A stretch of 63,247 nucleotides of DNA, counting the filler. It is 5 parts of 5 records of this genome, joined end to end, with 100 filler letters (N's around TTAATTAATTAA, not from the genome) between each part and the next. Parts side by side here need not be neighbours in the genome. Positions count along the whole stretch, not along the records: positions 1 to 28,216 come from SRR20825010_2197; positions 28,317 to 34,870 come from SRR20825010_2199; 3 more parts are not named here. The stretch is one strand, 5' to 3'. This document shows, piece by piece, positions 19,356 to 28,388 of this stretch. The notes beneath the pieces were generated by a model. The model searched no databases, was not told the DNA's origin, and saw nothing but the letters and a program-made list of their open reading frames with translations. A program made the position numbers and the translations under genes. How positions within the stretch are numbered: the first letter of the stretch is position 1; each line of letters opens with the position of its first letter.

Positions 19356-20606
19356 TTATGGAGCGCGGGTGTCTGTCAGGGAATCATAAAGTGCCTTGAT
19401 TTGGGTCAGGTGCTCTTTGGCGCTCATCACTTTAGTAGCGCGCGCTGTGTTCTGCATGTTCCGCAACTTTTCGCGATCGTTGTGTAGATCCATCAAGATG
19501 TCATGTAGCCGCCCGAGACTATATGGAGACACGACAAAGCCGTTCTTGCCGTGTTGAACGCGTTCGCCTGGGGCGCCAAGGTTTGTGACGATGGGTACGA
19601 TACCTGCAGACCAAGCCTCGCTGAGGGCTATCATATAGCTTTCTGGCGCAATGGTCAGGTGCAGTGAAACGTCATGTTCGCTCATGAGTTTGATGGCGTC
19701 TTCCGGTACATAACCTCCAACGAATTTGGTGTTTGGTAACTCCACCTCTTTCAACAGGTTTTCAATACGGTCTTCATGCACAGGGCCCAATACAGTGAAG
19801 CGGATTGGCAAATGTGTCATACCAGCCATCAGGCGTATGGTGGGTACGGCCCCTTTGAAGGTCGTGAAGGTGCCTGGAATTACTACACGCAGCTCCTCTG
19901 TGTCGTTACGGGTGCTTACCTGGCCCTTGGGGGCGCCGTGAGGCATCATCATTTCTATTATATGAGTTCCGCCTATGGGCGCGTCTGGATAGATGCTCAT
20001 CATGGCATCACGGGAGAAGGCAGTATTAAAAACAATGGCGTTAAAGGCTTGTAGTATGGTTGCAACTGAATTGCGTCGTTTTGTCTGTGATCCCGGGGCG
20101 GCCTTGTGTGTGATTTGCAGGCAAAAGTCGCACTGGCTGACGGGCTCTTCAAGAGTATTACAATACCGGGCGTTGTAGTCGAGCAGGACATACTTTTGAC
20201 AGATCAGGTAATGGTCATGCCAAGTAAAGACGCAGGGTACGTCTTGCTCGCGGCAAACCTGCGGCAATAATAGTGGTAGGCCCAGCAGGTGCTGGAAATG
20301 TACGATATCGACCTTGAAACGTTGGAGCAGTTCACGAAACAGCCGTGCGCCTTCAGCATTGCGAGCACGACCGCCAGTCTTAACGTGTTCGAGAGGCTGA
20401 TCTATAACCCTCGCCCCGCGATATACCAAGCGCCAGTGAGGTTTGCCATCAATTAGGGTCGGATAGAGCATGGAGGCGTAATAGCCCGATATTTTTTTCA
20501 GTTGTTCTTGGTATACTTCGATGCCGCCGCCCTTGAATTCACCCGCAACGTTGTGGGTGACAATCAGAAGGTGTTTTCTACCGTTATGGATGGGAGCTTG
20601 GGACAT
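19356..20606 (-). CDS. Glycosyltransferase family 4 (GT-B)
   Basis: GGGIE, DIVHFQHL, TWHDHYLIC and the C-terminal E-x7-E motif ESYMIALSEAW...GAPGERV. Confidence 0.85.
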   Translation of the reverse strand: MSQAPIHNGRKHLLIVTHNVAGEFKGGGIEVYQEQLKKISGYYASMLYPTLIDGKPHWRLVYRGARVIDQPLEHVKTGGRARNAEGARLFRELLQRFKVDIVHFQHLLGLPLLLPQVCREQDVPCVFTWHDHYLICQKYVLLDYNARYCNTLEEPVSQCDFCLQITHKAAPGSQTKRRNSVATILQAFNAIVFNTAFSRDAMMSIYPDAPIGGTHIIEMMMPHGAPKGQVSTRNDTEELRVVIPGTFTTFKGAVPTIRLMAGMTHLPIRFTVLGPVHEDRIENLLKEVELPNTKFVGGYVPEDAIKLMSEHDVSLHLTIAPESYMIALSEAWSAGIVPIVTNLGAPGERVQHGKNGFVVSPYSLGRLHDILMDLHNDREKLRNMQNTARATKVMSAKEHLTQIKALYDSLTDTRAP

Positions 20607-20687
20607 AATATTATCGGGTTTTCCTAGTTTCAGCTTGAGCTCAAAGTGCCTCGTCCTCGAGGCGGATAATGTGGTTGTTTCAGTAGA

Positions 20688-21425
20688 TTAATTTAGCTTG
20701 ATAGCAAGGCGTACATCCTCGTTTATTCGTATAAGAAGGGGAGCGTTGACCTCTGAGAAATACTCGTCTACGGCTTTTCTAGCTCCTGCCCAATGGCCAT
20801 AGTCATCAATGATCAGCACCCCACCTTTTGAAAGTTTGGGGTACAGGTTTTCCAACTCGCATTTGGTGGATTCATACCAATCAGTATCCAGCCGTAAGAT
20901 GGATATACTTTTAGGCTGTTTTTTAGGGATGGTTTTAAGCACATCCCCCTTGATCAAATTCACTGGAAACTGGAAGTTTTGTTGCCTGAAGGTCTGAGTG
21001 ACATCTTCTACAGAAGCATAACACCATCCATTTTCATCGCTGAATTTTTCCATCATGGAGTGGGCGGATGTACCGTTTTTATCGACATCATGCTTGGTCG
21101 GTTCAGTCATGCCTTGAAATGTGTCATATAGGTAGAGAGATCTGTTGGTTACGCCCCGCTTTTTCAGAATTAAACCCGCTAGAAGCGAGCTGCCACCACG
21201 CCAAACACCACATTCAACAAAGTCCCCTGAAATGTTCTGGTCGAGTACGTAGTTCATTGCACTATACAAGGCAAACATGGCAGACTTTGCCGTCATGCTA
21301 TAGGGGCGAGCTGCGTTAAAAATCTGGGAAAAAAGTGGATCATTGTCGATATCAGGTATGGGATGATCAACCAGTAGGGCGCTTTGTTTCGTAGAATATC
21401 GTATTTTGCGTGCTGTTGGCTTCAT
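20688..21425 (-). CDS. TylF/MycF/NovP-family O-methyltransferase
   Basis: GDFVECGVWRGG, LYDTFQGM, LRLDTDWYEST and IIDDYGHW. Confidence 0.92.
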   Translation of the reverse strand: MKPTARKIRYSTKQSALLVDHPIPDIDNDPLFSQIFNAARPYSMTAKSAMFALYSAMNYVLDQNISGDFVECGVWRGGSSLLAGLILKKRGVTNRSLYLYDTFQGMTEPTKHDVDKNGTSAHSMMEKFSDENGWCYASVEDVTQTFRQQNFQFPVNLIKGDVLKTIPKKQPKSISILRLDTDWYESTKCELENLYPKLSKGGVLIIDDYGHWAGARKAVDEYFSEVNAPLLIRINEDVRLAIKLN

Positions 21426-21444
21426 CTGTTTATCTCGTCAATAA

Positions 21445-22350
21445 TTATGCCCGGAAAAAACTAGAGAGAAAATGTGCCCATTGAAGGTCAACCTGCGTGA
21501 GTACATGTGATTGCACATAATATTGGTCAGGTAGTTCGGAGAGATCCGGTCGGTTATAGGTTTTGGCGTCCACGCCGGCGAGATGCTGAAGAAAGCCGAA
21601 TTTTTCAACCATATTGTCTGGTATCGCAAGGATGTTGGTCTCGGTGTTTCCTGCGAATATGTCTTGCGAGTTTTTGCGGATATTAAACTTGGGAAAGGCC
21701 TTGGTAACTGACCAGAAACACTTATAGCCGAGGCGAAGCAAAGTGTCTTGAATGACCAAAAAGTTGTTTTCCGAGTTCTGTTCAAAGAACAGTATTGGTT
21801 GTAGTCGCTTGAGTGTGTTGTTAGCACCTTCAAATACGTCTTTTTCCATGCCCTCAACATCAATCTTAATAAGCGCGCACTTATTAAGCTCCAGGTCATC
21901 AATGCTAAGCTGTAGTAGGGGGGTAACGGGAGCATTCGTTTCCTCTTCGCCCAGAAAACTCGTGGCTCCCAGATTTTGCTGATTCAGTTGGAAATTGGGG
22001 GAGCGTACAATTTTTGAAGAACTGCTTACTAGGGCTTTATAGAGCGTGAGGTTGTCGAGGTTATTCATTTGTTGGTTGAGCGTCAGAATCTCATAGTTGG
22101 TGTCGACGGGTTCGAACGAGATTACTGTGCCCGTTTCCCCTACTTTTCGAGAGAAGAAAATCGAGTGAAAGCCGATATTTGCGCCAATATCCAGAACACA
22201 ATTCCCCGGCTCTATAATGCTATTAAGAACAGCAATTTCTCCAGGTGCCCATTCGCCATATACCTTTAGTGACTGGCCAATACATTGGTCCCTTCTATCG
22301 TGGATCATGTTGCCAAAGCGGGTAGGGTAACAGGCAAGGTTTTTTTTCAT
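21445..22350 (-). CDS. FkbM-family methyltransferase
   Basis: VLDIGANIG, FEP and IKIDVEGME. Confidence 0.9.
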   Translation of the reverse strand: MKKNLACYPTRFGNMIHDRRDQCIGQSLKVYGEWAPGEIAVLNSIIEPGNCVLDIGANIGFHSIFFSRKVGETGTVISFEPVDTNYEILTLNQQMNNLDNLTLYKALVSSSSKIVRSPNFQLNQQNLGATSFLGEEETNAPVTPLLQLSIDDLELNKCALIKIDVEGMEKDVFEGANNTLKRLQPILFFEQNSENNFLVIQDTLLRLGYKCFWSVTKAFPKFNIRKNSQDIFAGNTETNILAIPDNMVEKFGFLQHLAGVDAKTYNRPDLSELPDQYYVQSHVLTQVDLQWAHFLSSFFRA

Positions 22351-22502
22351 TGTGACCCTTTCTAGGTACAGCTTCTAAGTATCGGTTCTATGTGAACATA
22401 CCGTAGTAAGATGTCAAATATCAGACTTACCAATGAGCAATGTTAGGAGAGCTATGATGCAGATACCTATACGCCGTTGAGTACTGGCATGCCGCAAAAA
22501 AA

Positions 22503-23267
22503 TTATTGTGGGGCAGAGAAATAGCTGTTGAAAGCGAGCTGTTCATCCATTTTTTTGTTGCGCCGAGGTATGCTGGCCGCCTGGAGCGATTGCGATTGCG
22601 TTGCCGGATGCTCAAGATATTCACACAGTCGAGAGACCTAGAATAAGGGATCGTGTACTAGCTCTTCGTAACAGAGTTCAAGATGGTTCTTTACAGTCCC
22701 ATTTTGAACCAGCGCGTTGAAGAATCTGTGTTGTTCCATGGCAAAACTGAGGCTCCCATCGATGGTGGCACAGCGCTGGGTGAATTGTACCTTGGATACG
22801 GAGAAATTTCCCTCAGGCGGGAAAAGGCCATCCTTGATCATTTTTTGATGTCGCTTCGTGAGCGACCGTGCAATATCCCAAGGGCTGCGCCGGATATAGA
22901 TGACCTTGGCATCGGGAAAGGTTTTAAGCCAATAGGGTAAAGTGGTCAGCGTGCGCGGATCCTTAAAGCCCCAAAAGCCATCCATAGGGCCAAATTTTTC
23001 GGCAATCAGTTCAGCGTTGGCGGTTAATATCGTTTCAATGTAATTTTCACCGGTTGGCACTACTTCCGGATATGCAGGCGCATCCCAACTGCTGTTAGTT
23101 ATTTGAAAATACTTGTTGTTGACGTTGATCATGATCATGCTCTCATGATCATCTTGTAAATTCTTGCCAACAAATAACCCCAGCGCTTCCAGCATTCGCG
23201 TAAGCATGCTGGTGCCGCTCCTGTGCAAACCAACGATGAGGACGGGTGGTGTCATTGGTAGAGACAT
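22503..23267 (-). pseudogene. Sulfotransferase interrupted by an in-frame TAG at 22638-22640
   Basis: PAPS-binding motif GLHRSGTS, plus WGFKDPR and YIRRSPWDIARSL. The frame reads YEELVHDPLF*VSRLCEYLE and stays open 44 more codons to TAA at 22503-22505. Confidence 0.7.
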
Positions 23268-23275
23268 GACCAAAA

Positions 23276-24091
23276 TCAAACCTCCGGCATGTGTTCCATC
23301 AGCCGTGGGCCTATGCGCACTGGTTCAATGCGTTTCGAGAGGCCGGTACGGTCGTCGGTTTCCACAAAGGTGCCGCATACGGTGGCTTCACCCGTGGCGG
23401 GTGAATAGCGTTCCTTGTTCATTTTGGTCAGGAAACGGCTGATGGGCTCCTCTTTTTCCATGCCGATGACGCTGTTGTAATCGCCGCACATGCCAGCGTC
23501 GGTCTGGTAGGCGGTGCCGCCGTCCAGTATCTGGCAATCTGCTGTGGGTACATGGCTGTGGGTACCAACAACCAGGCTCACGCGACCGTCCAGATAATGA
23601 CCCATGGCCATTTTTTCTGATGTCGCCTCGCCGTGGAAATCGACAATAATGGCGTTGACCGTGGCACCAAGCCGATATTTTTTGAGGACCGCATCAACAG
23701 CGCGGAAGGGACATTCCATCGCGTTCATAAACACGCGGCCCATAGCGTTGATGACCATCACCTTTTTACCGCGCGGCGCGTTATAGATGCCGAAGCCACG
23801 GCCAGGCGTGCCCTCCGGGTAATTGATGGGGCGCAAGATGCGGTCATCTTGTCCAATGGCAGTTAAAATTTCTTTCTGATCAAAAGTATGGTTGCCACCG
23901 GAGATGACATCGGCGCCTGCCTGAATGGTGCTGCTTGCGATTTTGCTGGTGATCCCGAATCCTGATGCTGCGTTCTCGCCGTTCACAACAACGAAATCCA
24001 GCTTCAGTTTTTCGCGCAACGTCGGCAAAGCGTCTGCGGCTGCACTGCGGCCGGACCTGCCCATCAAATCACCTAAAAACAACAGTCGCAT
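23276..24091 (-). CDS. ymdB: TIGR00282-family metallophosphoesterase (YmdB-like)
   Basis: GDLMG..G, NGEN, GNH, DFHGEATSEK, GTHSHV and TDAGMCG; conserved position after ygfA. Confidence 0.92.
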   Translation of the reverse strand: MRLLFLGDLMGRSGRSAAADALPTLREKLKLDFVVVNGENAASGFGITSKIASSTIQAGADVISGGNHTFDQKEILTAIGQDDRILRPINYPEGTPGRGFGIYNAPRGKKVMVINAMGRVFMNAMECPFRAVDAVLKKYRLGATVNAIIVDFHGEATSEKMAMGHYLDGRVSLVVGTHSHVPTADCQILDGGTAYQTDAGMCGDYNSVIGMEKEEPISRFLTKMNKERYSPATGEATVCGTFVETDDRTGLSKRIEPVRIGPRLMEHMPEV

Positions 24092-24127
24092 AAATTAATG
24101 TGTCTTCTTTCAAATCGAGACAGGGGC

Positions 24128-24721
24128 TTAGAGTGAACCTAACGCATTCTGCTTGCGGGGCAAGATTACACCTTCTTCGGTAATGACACCCTGAAGGGGC
24201 CAATCGTGGGCTTCACGTGGCACATGATCAACGATTTGAGCGCCAAAGGCAAAGCCAAATGCTTTTATCTCACTATGGGCTGCCAGCGTACGGTCATAAA
24301 AACCACCCCCCCATCCAAGCCGATAACAGTCAGCATCATAGGAAAGTAGGGGAACAACGAGGGCATCGGGCACGACCTCTGGGGCATCCAAAGGGGGATG
24401 CTGTGTACCAAACGTGCCCGCCTCCAGCGGGTCGCCAACTTGCCATAGCCTGAAGGTCAGAGGTGTGTTTTTGTTCGCGACAACCGGCAGACAGGTACGG
24501 TACCCGTGCCTGACTAGTGCGTGCATCAACAGCCTGGGATCAAGCTCACTTTCCATAGGCCAGTAAGCCCCAATGATGGCACCCTTTTCAAAGCTGCTGA
24601 ACAGGTTAAGCCCGTGGGTGGTTGCTTTCTCGGCGGCATCAAGGGCGTACATCTCATGTGCGCCAGCCCGAATTCGCTGGGCTTCAAAGCGCATTTTCCT
24701 TTTCTGCTCAGTGATAGTCAT
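24128..24721 (-). CDS. ygfA: 5-formyltetrahydrofolate cyclo-ligase
   Basis: YWPMESELDP, RLGWGGGFYDRTL and PREAHD; immediately downstream of 6S RNA. Confidence 0.92.
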   Translation of the reverse strand: MTITEQKRKMRFEAQRIRAGAHEMYALDAAEKATTHGLNLFSSFEKGAIIGAYWPMESELDPRLLMHALVRHGYRTCLPVVANKNTPLTFRLWQVGDPLEAGTFGTQHPPLDAPEVVPDALVVPLLSYDADCYRLGWGGGFYDRTLAAHSEIKAFGFAFGAQIVDHVPREAHDWPLQGVITEEGVILPRKQNALGSL

Positions 24722-24748
24722 GAATGGCCTAACGGGTTGGAAATGGGT

Positions 24749-24909
24749 GCGGGACCACATCTGCCGCGTTGACGTCTGTATCCTCCGTAGCCTGATAAAT
24801 CAGGTGGGCGCCGTATGGTAAGGACCACGGTCCAAACCAGGGACAGCTCCCTAGGAGTGTTTATAGCCCCGGGGATTACTGCATATCTTGCGCACAGCGC
24901 AGAACCCGC
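24749..24909 (-). ncRNA. ssrS: 6S RNA
   Basis: About 160-nt self-complementary sequence (ends GCGGG...CCCGC) with alphaproteobacterial 6S hallmarks CCCCGGGGC, TAGGGAGCTGTCCCTG and ACGGCGCCCACCT, at the canonical position upstream of ygfA. Ends are approximate. Confidence 0.85.
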
Positions 24910-24915
24910 GCCGCT

Positions 24916-24944
24916 TATGTAAGCCTTCTAAGGCTTTTGTGCAA
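24916..24944 (-). promoter_or_regulatory. Putative sigma70 promoter of ssrS
   Basis: On the minus strand TTGCAC, 17 bp, TACATA, ending about 6 nt before the predicted 6S 5' end. Confidence 0.5.
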
Positions 24945-25046
24945 TAGCAGTCGCTTTTGTCCAGTAGAGAGCATAAGGCCGGGCGTGACGGTCAACGCCT
25001 CTTGTGTTAACCAGTCTTGCTATGGAAAATCTTGTTGGAAACATAG

Positions 25047-25931
25047 ATGGCTAACAAACGATTGGCAGTATTTGGGCATAGCCATACGATTTGCTTGATT
25101 GATGCCCTAGCGCATTGGCGGTTTGATGAGGGCCATCCAGAATTTGATGCGCAAAAATCTCAATCCTTGCCTCGATGGCCGGACGAAGGCACTGCCAGTT
25201 TAGACGTGCATTTGGATGTCACAATCCCAGGCTCTGATAGACGCTGTTTTGTTGATGCATACCCAATATACGGACGCGCTGAAGGTGCAGATATTCTCGA
25301 CATTGTTCAACACGATCGCGAGAAAATGCGGGCTCAGCCTTCTGCACTATATAGGAGGTTTCTAGATGAAATTGAAGGTGCAGATGTCCTTGTTTCTTGC
25401 CTGTTCGGCAATGAATTTGCACTTTGGCAATATGTCGCAAACTTACCGCCATACGATTTTATTCCGGTTGGAGCCCCTACAGAACAAGTGACCGTAAAGC
25501 GTGGTGTGCCGCTATTAGACCGTCAATATATCATCGATAGAATTAGCCCATCTGTTAGGCGACTGAAGGCTTGTCTGTTGCTGGCTAAGAGAGAATACTC
25601 GGCAATGCCGATCGTCCACGTTATGCCATCGCCGCCAATCGCGGATGTAGCCGATGCAAGCTCGCTCGAGAGATTTGAGGAATTGTTCGATATACATGGA
25701 GTTGTTAGTAAGGAGCTGAGGCTAAAATGGTACCAATCCTATGTCTTTCTCCTCGAGCAAGAGCTCTTGAGTGCAGGCCTGATGACCATGAGGGCACCGG
25801 CTAACGCACAAGACGAAAAGGGTTTTCTTAAACCCGAATATTTGCGCGGGCTAACACACGGAAATGGAGCCTATGGGAAACTCGTATGGGCTCAGCTTGC
25901 GGAGGTCTTTGATCGTGAATCCTTATGGTGA
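25047..25931 (+). CDS. Hypothetical protein, possibly SGNH/GDSL-fold
   Basis: 294-aa ORF with N-terminal VFGHSH and C-terminal THGNGAYG; its end overlaps the start of the GSCFA gene. Confidence 0.6.
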   Translation: MANKRLAVFGHSHTICLIDALAHWRFDEGHPEFDAQKSQSLPRWPDEGTASLDVHLDVTIPGSDRRCFVDAYPIYGRAEGADILDIVQHDREKMRAQPSALYRRFLDEIEGADVLVSCLFGNEFALWQYVANLPPYDFIPVGAPTEQVTVKRGVPLLDRQYIIDRISPSVRRLKACLLLAKREYSAMPIVHVMPSPPIADVADASSLERFEELFDIHGVVSKELRLKWYQSYVFLLEQELLSAGLMTMRAPANAQDEKGFLKPEYLRGLTHGNGAYGKLVWAQLAEVFDRESLW

Positions 25932-26994
25932 CTTAGATGACAATCACTTTTGGAATCGTCAAGTTGGTGGAAAACAGCCCGAAGCGATAGAGTATGACCC
26001 TGCGCCGAAGTTTCGGTTCGATATTGAAAAGGATATCTTTGCAACGGCAGGGTCCTGTTTTGCTCAGCATTTTGCTCGAGAACTTGTTCGGCGAGGTGGA
26101 CAGTATTTGGTTGCCGAACGCGCCCATCCTTTGGTTGCCAGATTCGACCACGGCTATGGTGTGTTTTCTGCTCGGTATGGCAACATCTATACAACCCGGC
26201 AGCTATACGATTTATTGAGTCAAGCGACCGAGCAGCGTGAGACTATTTATGATATTGGCCGACGAAAAGATGGAAAGTTTGTGGATCTGTTAAGGCCTGG
26301 TGCTGTGCCACGAGGCTTTTGTTCCGTTGTGGAAGCGAAAGCAGACCGAATATACCACCTTTCAAAAGTGATATCCGCAATACAGACTGCATCCGTCTTT
26401 GTATTCACCCTTGGTCTTACCGAGGTTTGGGAGAATACAGTACGGGATTATGTCTATCCACTGTGTCCTGGAACATTGGCCGGTAATTTTGACTCTCAGA
26501 AACATCAGTTTGCAAACCATAGCTTTCAGCAAGTTGAGACCTACTTGCAAAAATCACTGGAGATTCTTTGGAGTATTAACCCTCGTTTGAAAGTGCTGTT
26601 AACGGTTTCTCCGGTTATGCTGGTAGCTACATATGAAGCGCGTGGGGCGGTTCAATCTTCGATCGCGTCCAAAAGCATCTTGCGTGCTGTGGCTGACGCC
26701 AGTGTTCGCGCCAACCAGTCGGTAGACTATTTTCCGTCTTATGAAATTATTGTGGGCTCACAGGCGAGCGGAAAGTTCTTTCGTGACGGAGCGAGGGATG
26801 TTGCTGATGCGGGTGTGAACTGCGTCATGGATTATTTTTTTCGTTCAAGAATGGCTGTCGAAGGCACAACAAAGAGTCAGGCTTCGACGGAAGAGGAGGC
26901 AAAAGCCGACCTCGTGCAGCAAAACACTGACCAAGAGATCAAGGAATTGTTTCAGGTTGAATGCGATGAACTGATTTTAGACCGAAAATTATGA
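25915..26994 (+). CDS. GSCFA domain-containing protein
   Basis: Eponymous AGSCFAQH motif, plus FSARYGNIYT, FTLGLTEVW, LTVSPV, SKSILRA and YFPSYEI. GTG 25915 follows GGAGG. Confidence 0.88.
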   Translation: MNPYGDLDDNHFWNRQVGGKQPEAIEYDPAPKFRFDIEKDIFATAGSCFAQHFARELVRRGGQYLVAERAHPLVARFDHGYGVFSARYGNIYTTRQLYDLLSQATEQRETIYDIGRRKDGKFVDLLRPGAVPRGFCSVVEAKADRIYHLSKVISAIQTASVFVFTLGLTEVWENTVRDYVYPLCPGTLAGNFDSQKHQFANHSFQQVETYLQKSLEILWSINPRLKVLLTVSPVMLVATYEARGAVQSSIASKSILRAVADASVRANQSVDYFPSYEIIVGSQASGKFFRDGARDVADAGVNCVMDYFFRSRMAVEGTTKSQASTEEEAKADLVQQNTDQEIKELFQVECDELILDRKL

Positions 26995-27306
26995 TGCTGC
27001 CAGCCGGTCGGTGATGCCCTCAACTTCAGAGGCAACTTCATTGAGAACGGAGGCCATGTCTTCCTCGCTCAGTGCGCCCATCAGCGCCGGACCGCCTTTG
27101 CCGTCAAGCGCGTCATGCAACTCGTCGGCAATAAGAACGGCCGCCATCAGAAGGATACGGTTTTCATTGATGTGGCCGAGCTTGGAGGTCAGGTCCCTGC
27201 ACTTTGCATCGACGTATGCTGCGAGTTTGTGCAGTTGTTCCTGTTCACCGTCCGCGCAGGCCAGCGGGTAACTTTTCCCATTCACTGAAACTGAAATCTG
27301 GGCCAT
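26989..27306 (-). CDS. zapA: Cell division protein ZapA
   Basis: MAQISVSVNGKSYPLAC.DG...LLMAAVLIADEL; synteny with tkt and ssrS. Confidence 0.9.
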   Translation of the reverse strand: MAQISVSVNGKSYPLACADGEQEQLHKLAAYVDAKCRDLTSKLGHINENRILLMAAVLIADELHDALDGKGGPALMGALSEEDMASVLNEVASEVEGITDRLAAS

Positions 27307-27307
27307 C

Positions 27308-27811
27308 TCAGGCACTCCCTACCATTGTCTCAAGGCGTCCGATAGCACCGTCCAGGTCGTTGCGTACGCTGTTTTTCTCATCTTCAAGATGCCGAATTCT
27401 GGCTTTCAGTTGCGCATTCTCTGCCGCGAGTGCGGCATCAGCTGGGGCACCGTCCGATTTCGTGTCTTCCAGCGCTTCCATCTCGTCCTGAAGGCCAGCG
27501 TATTGCCGCTTGAGTAATTGGTAATTCTGCTCGAGTGCGGTTTTCTCCGCGCGCAACGCTTCAAGCTCGTCTGCTGTACCGCTGTCATGCTCTGGCGCCA
27601 GCGCGTGTGTGGCGACCTGCTCGTGGAGTTTCAGGTTTTCTTTCTCAAGGGCCGTTACCCGTGCGTTCAGAGCCACTTTTTCTTCCGCAATTTCCTGAGC
27701 GGCAGAAATTGTTTCTCGCGTGCTGGCAACACCCTGCGCCAGACGGGAGAGTGCACTCTCGAGTCGCGTCCTCGCACTTTCAAGCGCAGTGTGATTCTTG
27801 TTGTCGGCCAT
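27308..27811 (-). CDS. Coiled-coil protein upstream of zapA (ZapB/DUF4164-like)
   Basis: Heptad-rich helical sequence, 1 nt from the zapA start and divergent from tkt. Confidence 0.7.
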   Translation of the reverse strand: MADNKNHTALESARTRLESALSRLAQGVASTRETISAAQEIAEEKVALNARVTALEKENLKLHEQVATHALAPEHDSGTADELEALRAEKTALEQNYQLLKRQYAGLQDEMEALEDTKSDGAPADAALAAENAQLKARIRHLEDEKNSVRNDLDGAIGRLETMVGSA

Positions 27812-28090
27812 GGCGATTGTCCCCCATTTGCCAGTCAGTTGCGCTTTCGCGCGTGAGAAAGGCGGTATTTGTCTTGTTTGTATTGAAGATAGGAGCTTCC
27901 CTATGGTGCCGTCAATTGCCCTCGCGTAGAAGAGGGAGAATAAATACCGGATTTAAAGCCTAAAAGGCGCTTCGCGGTTGACTAGTTCGGTCTTCCCCGC
28001 CATTTTGGCCAAAATTTTTTGGCAATCGCAGTGACCGGGTTTCCACCTGCCTGAAACTGTCCGCCCAGCCCCAGAGACAAGTAGATCAAG

Positions 28091-28216
28091 ATGCACGATA
28101 CAGAATTCAGTCAAGACGATATTCTCAACAGCCGCATGGCGAACGCGATCCGCGCTCTTTCAATGGATGCCGTCCAGAAGGCGAACTCAGGCCATCCCGG
28201 CATGCCCATGGGCATG
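28091..28216 (+). CDS. tkt: Transketolase, N-terminal fragment (contig end)
   Basis: Manual translation [42 protein letters not shown]. Confidence 0.92.
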
Positions 28217-28316
28217 NNNNNNNNNNNNNNNNNNNNNNNNNNNNNNNNNNNNNNNNNNNNTTAATTAATTAANNNNNNNNNNNNNNNNNNNNNNNNNNNN
28301 NNNNNNNNNNNNNNNN
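28217..28316. other. Artificial contig spacer
   Basis: 44 N + TTAATTAATTAA (stops in all six frames) + 44 N. Confidence 0.98.
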
Positions 28317-28388
28317 TCATGCTGTAAAGTGTAGGCTTCTTGGGGCTAAGCCCAAAATTCGCTTAAAAGTCAGCAATAAAGGTGCTTT

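Noticed and set aside
28261..28272. TTAATTAATTAA repeated four times in the window
   Set aside because: Always centred in N runs of identical length; an assembly linker, not biological.
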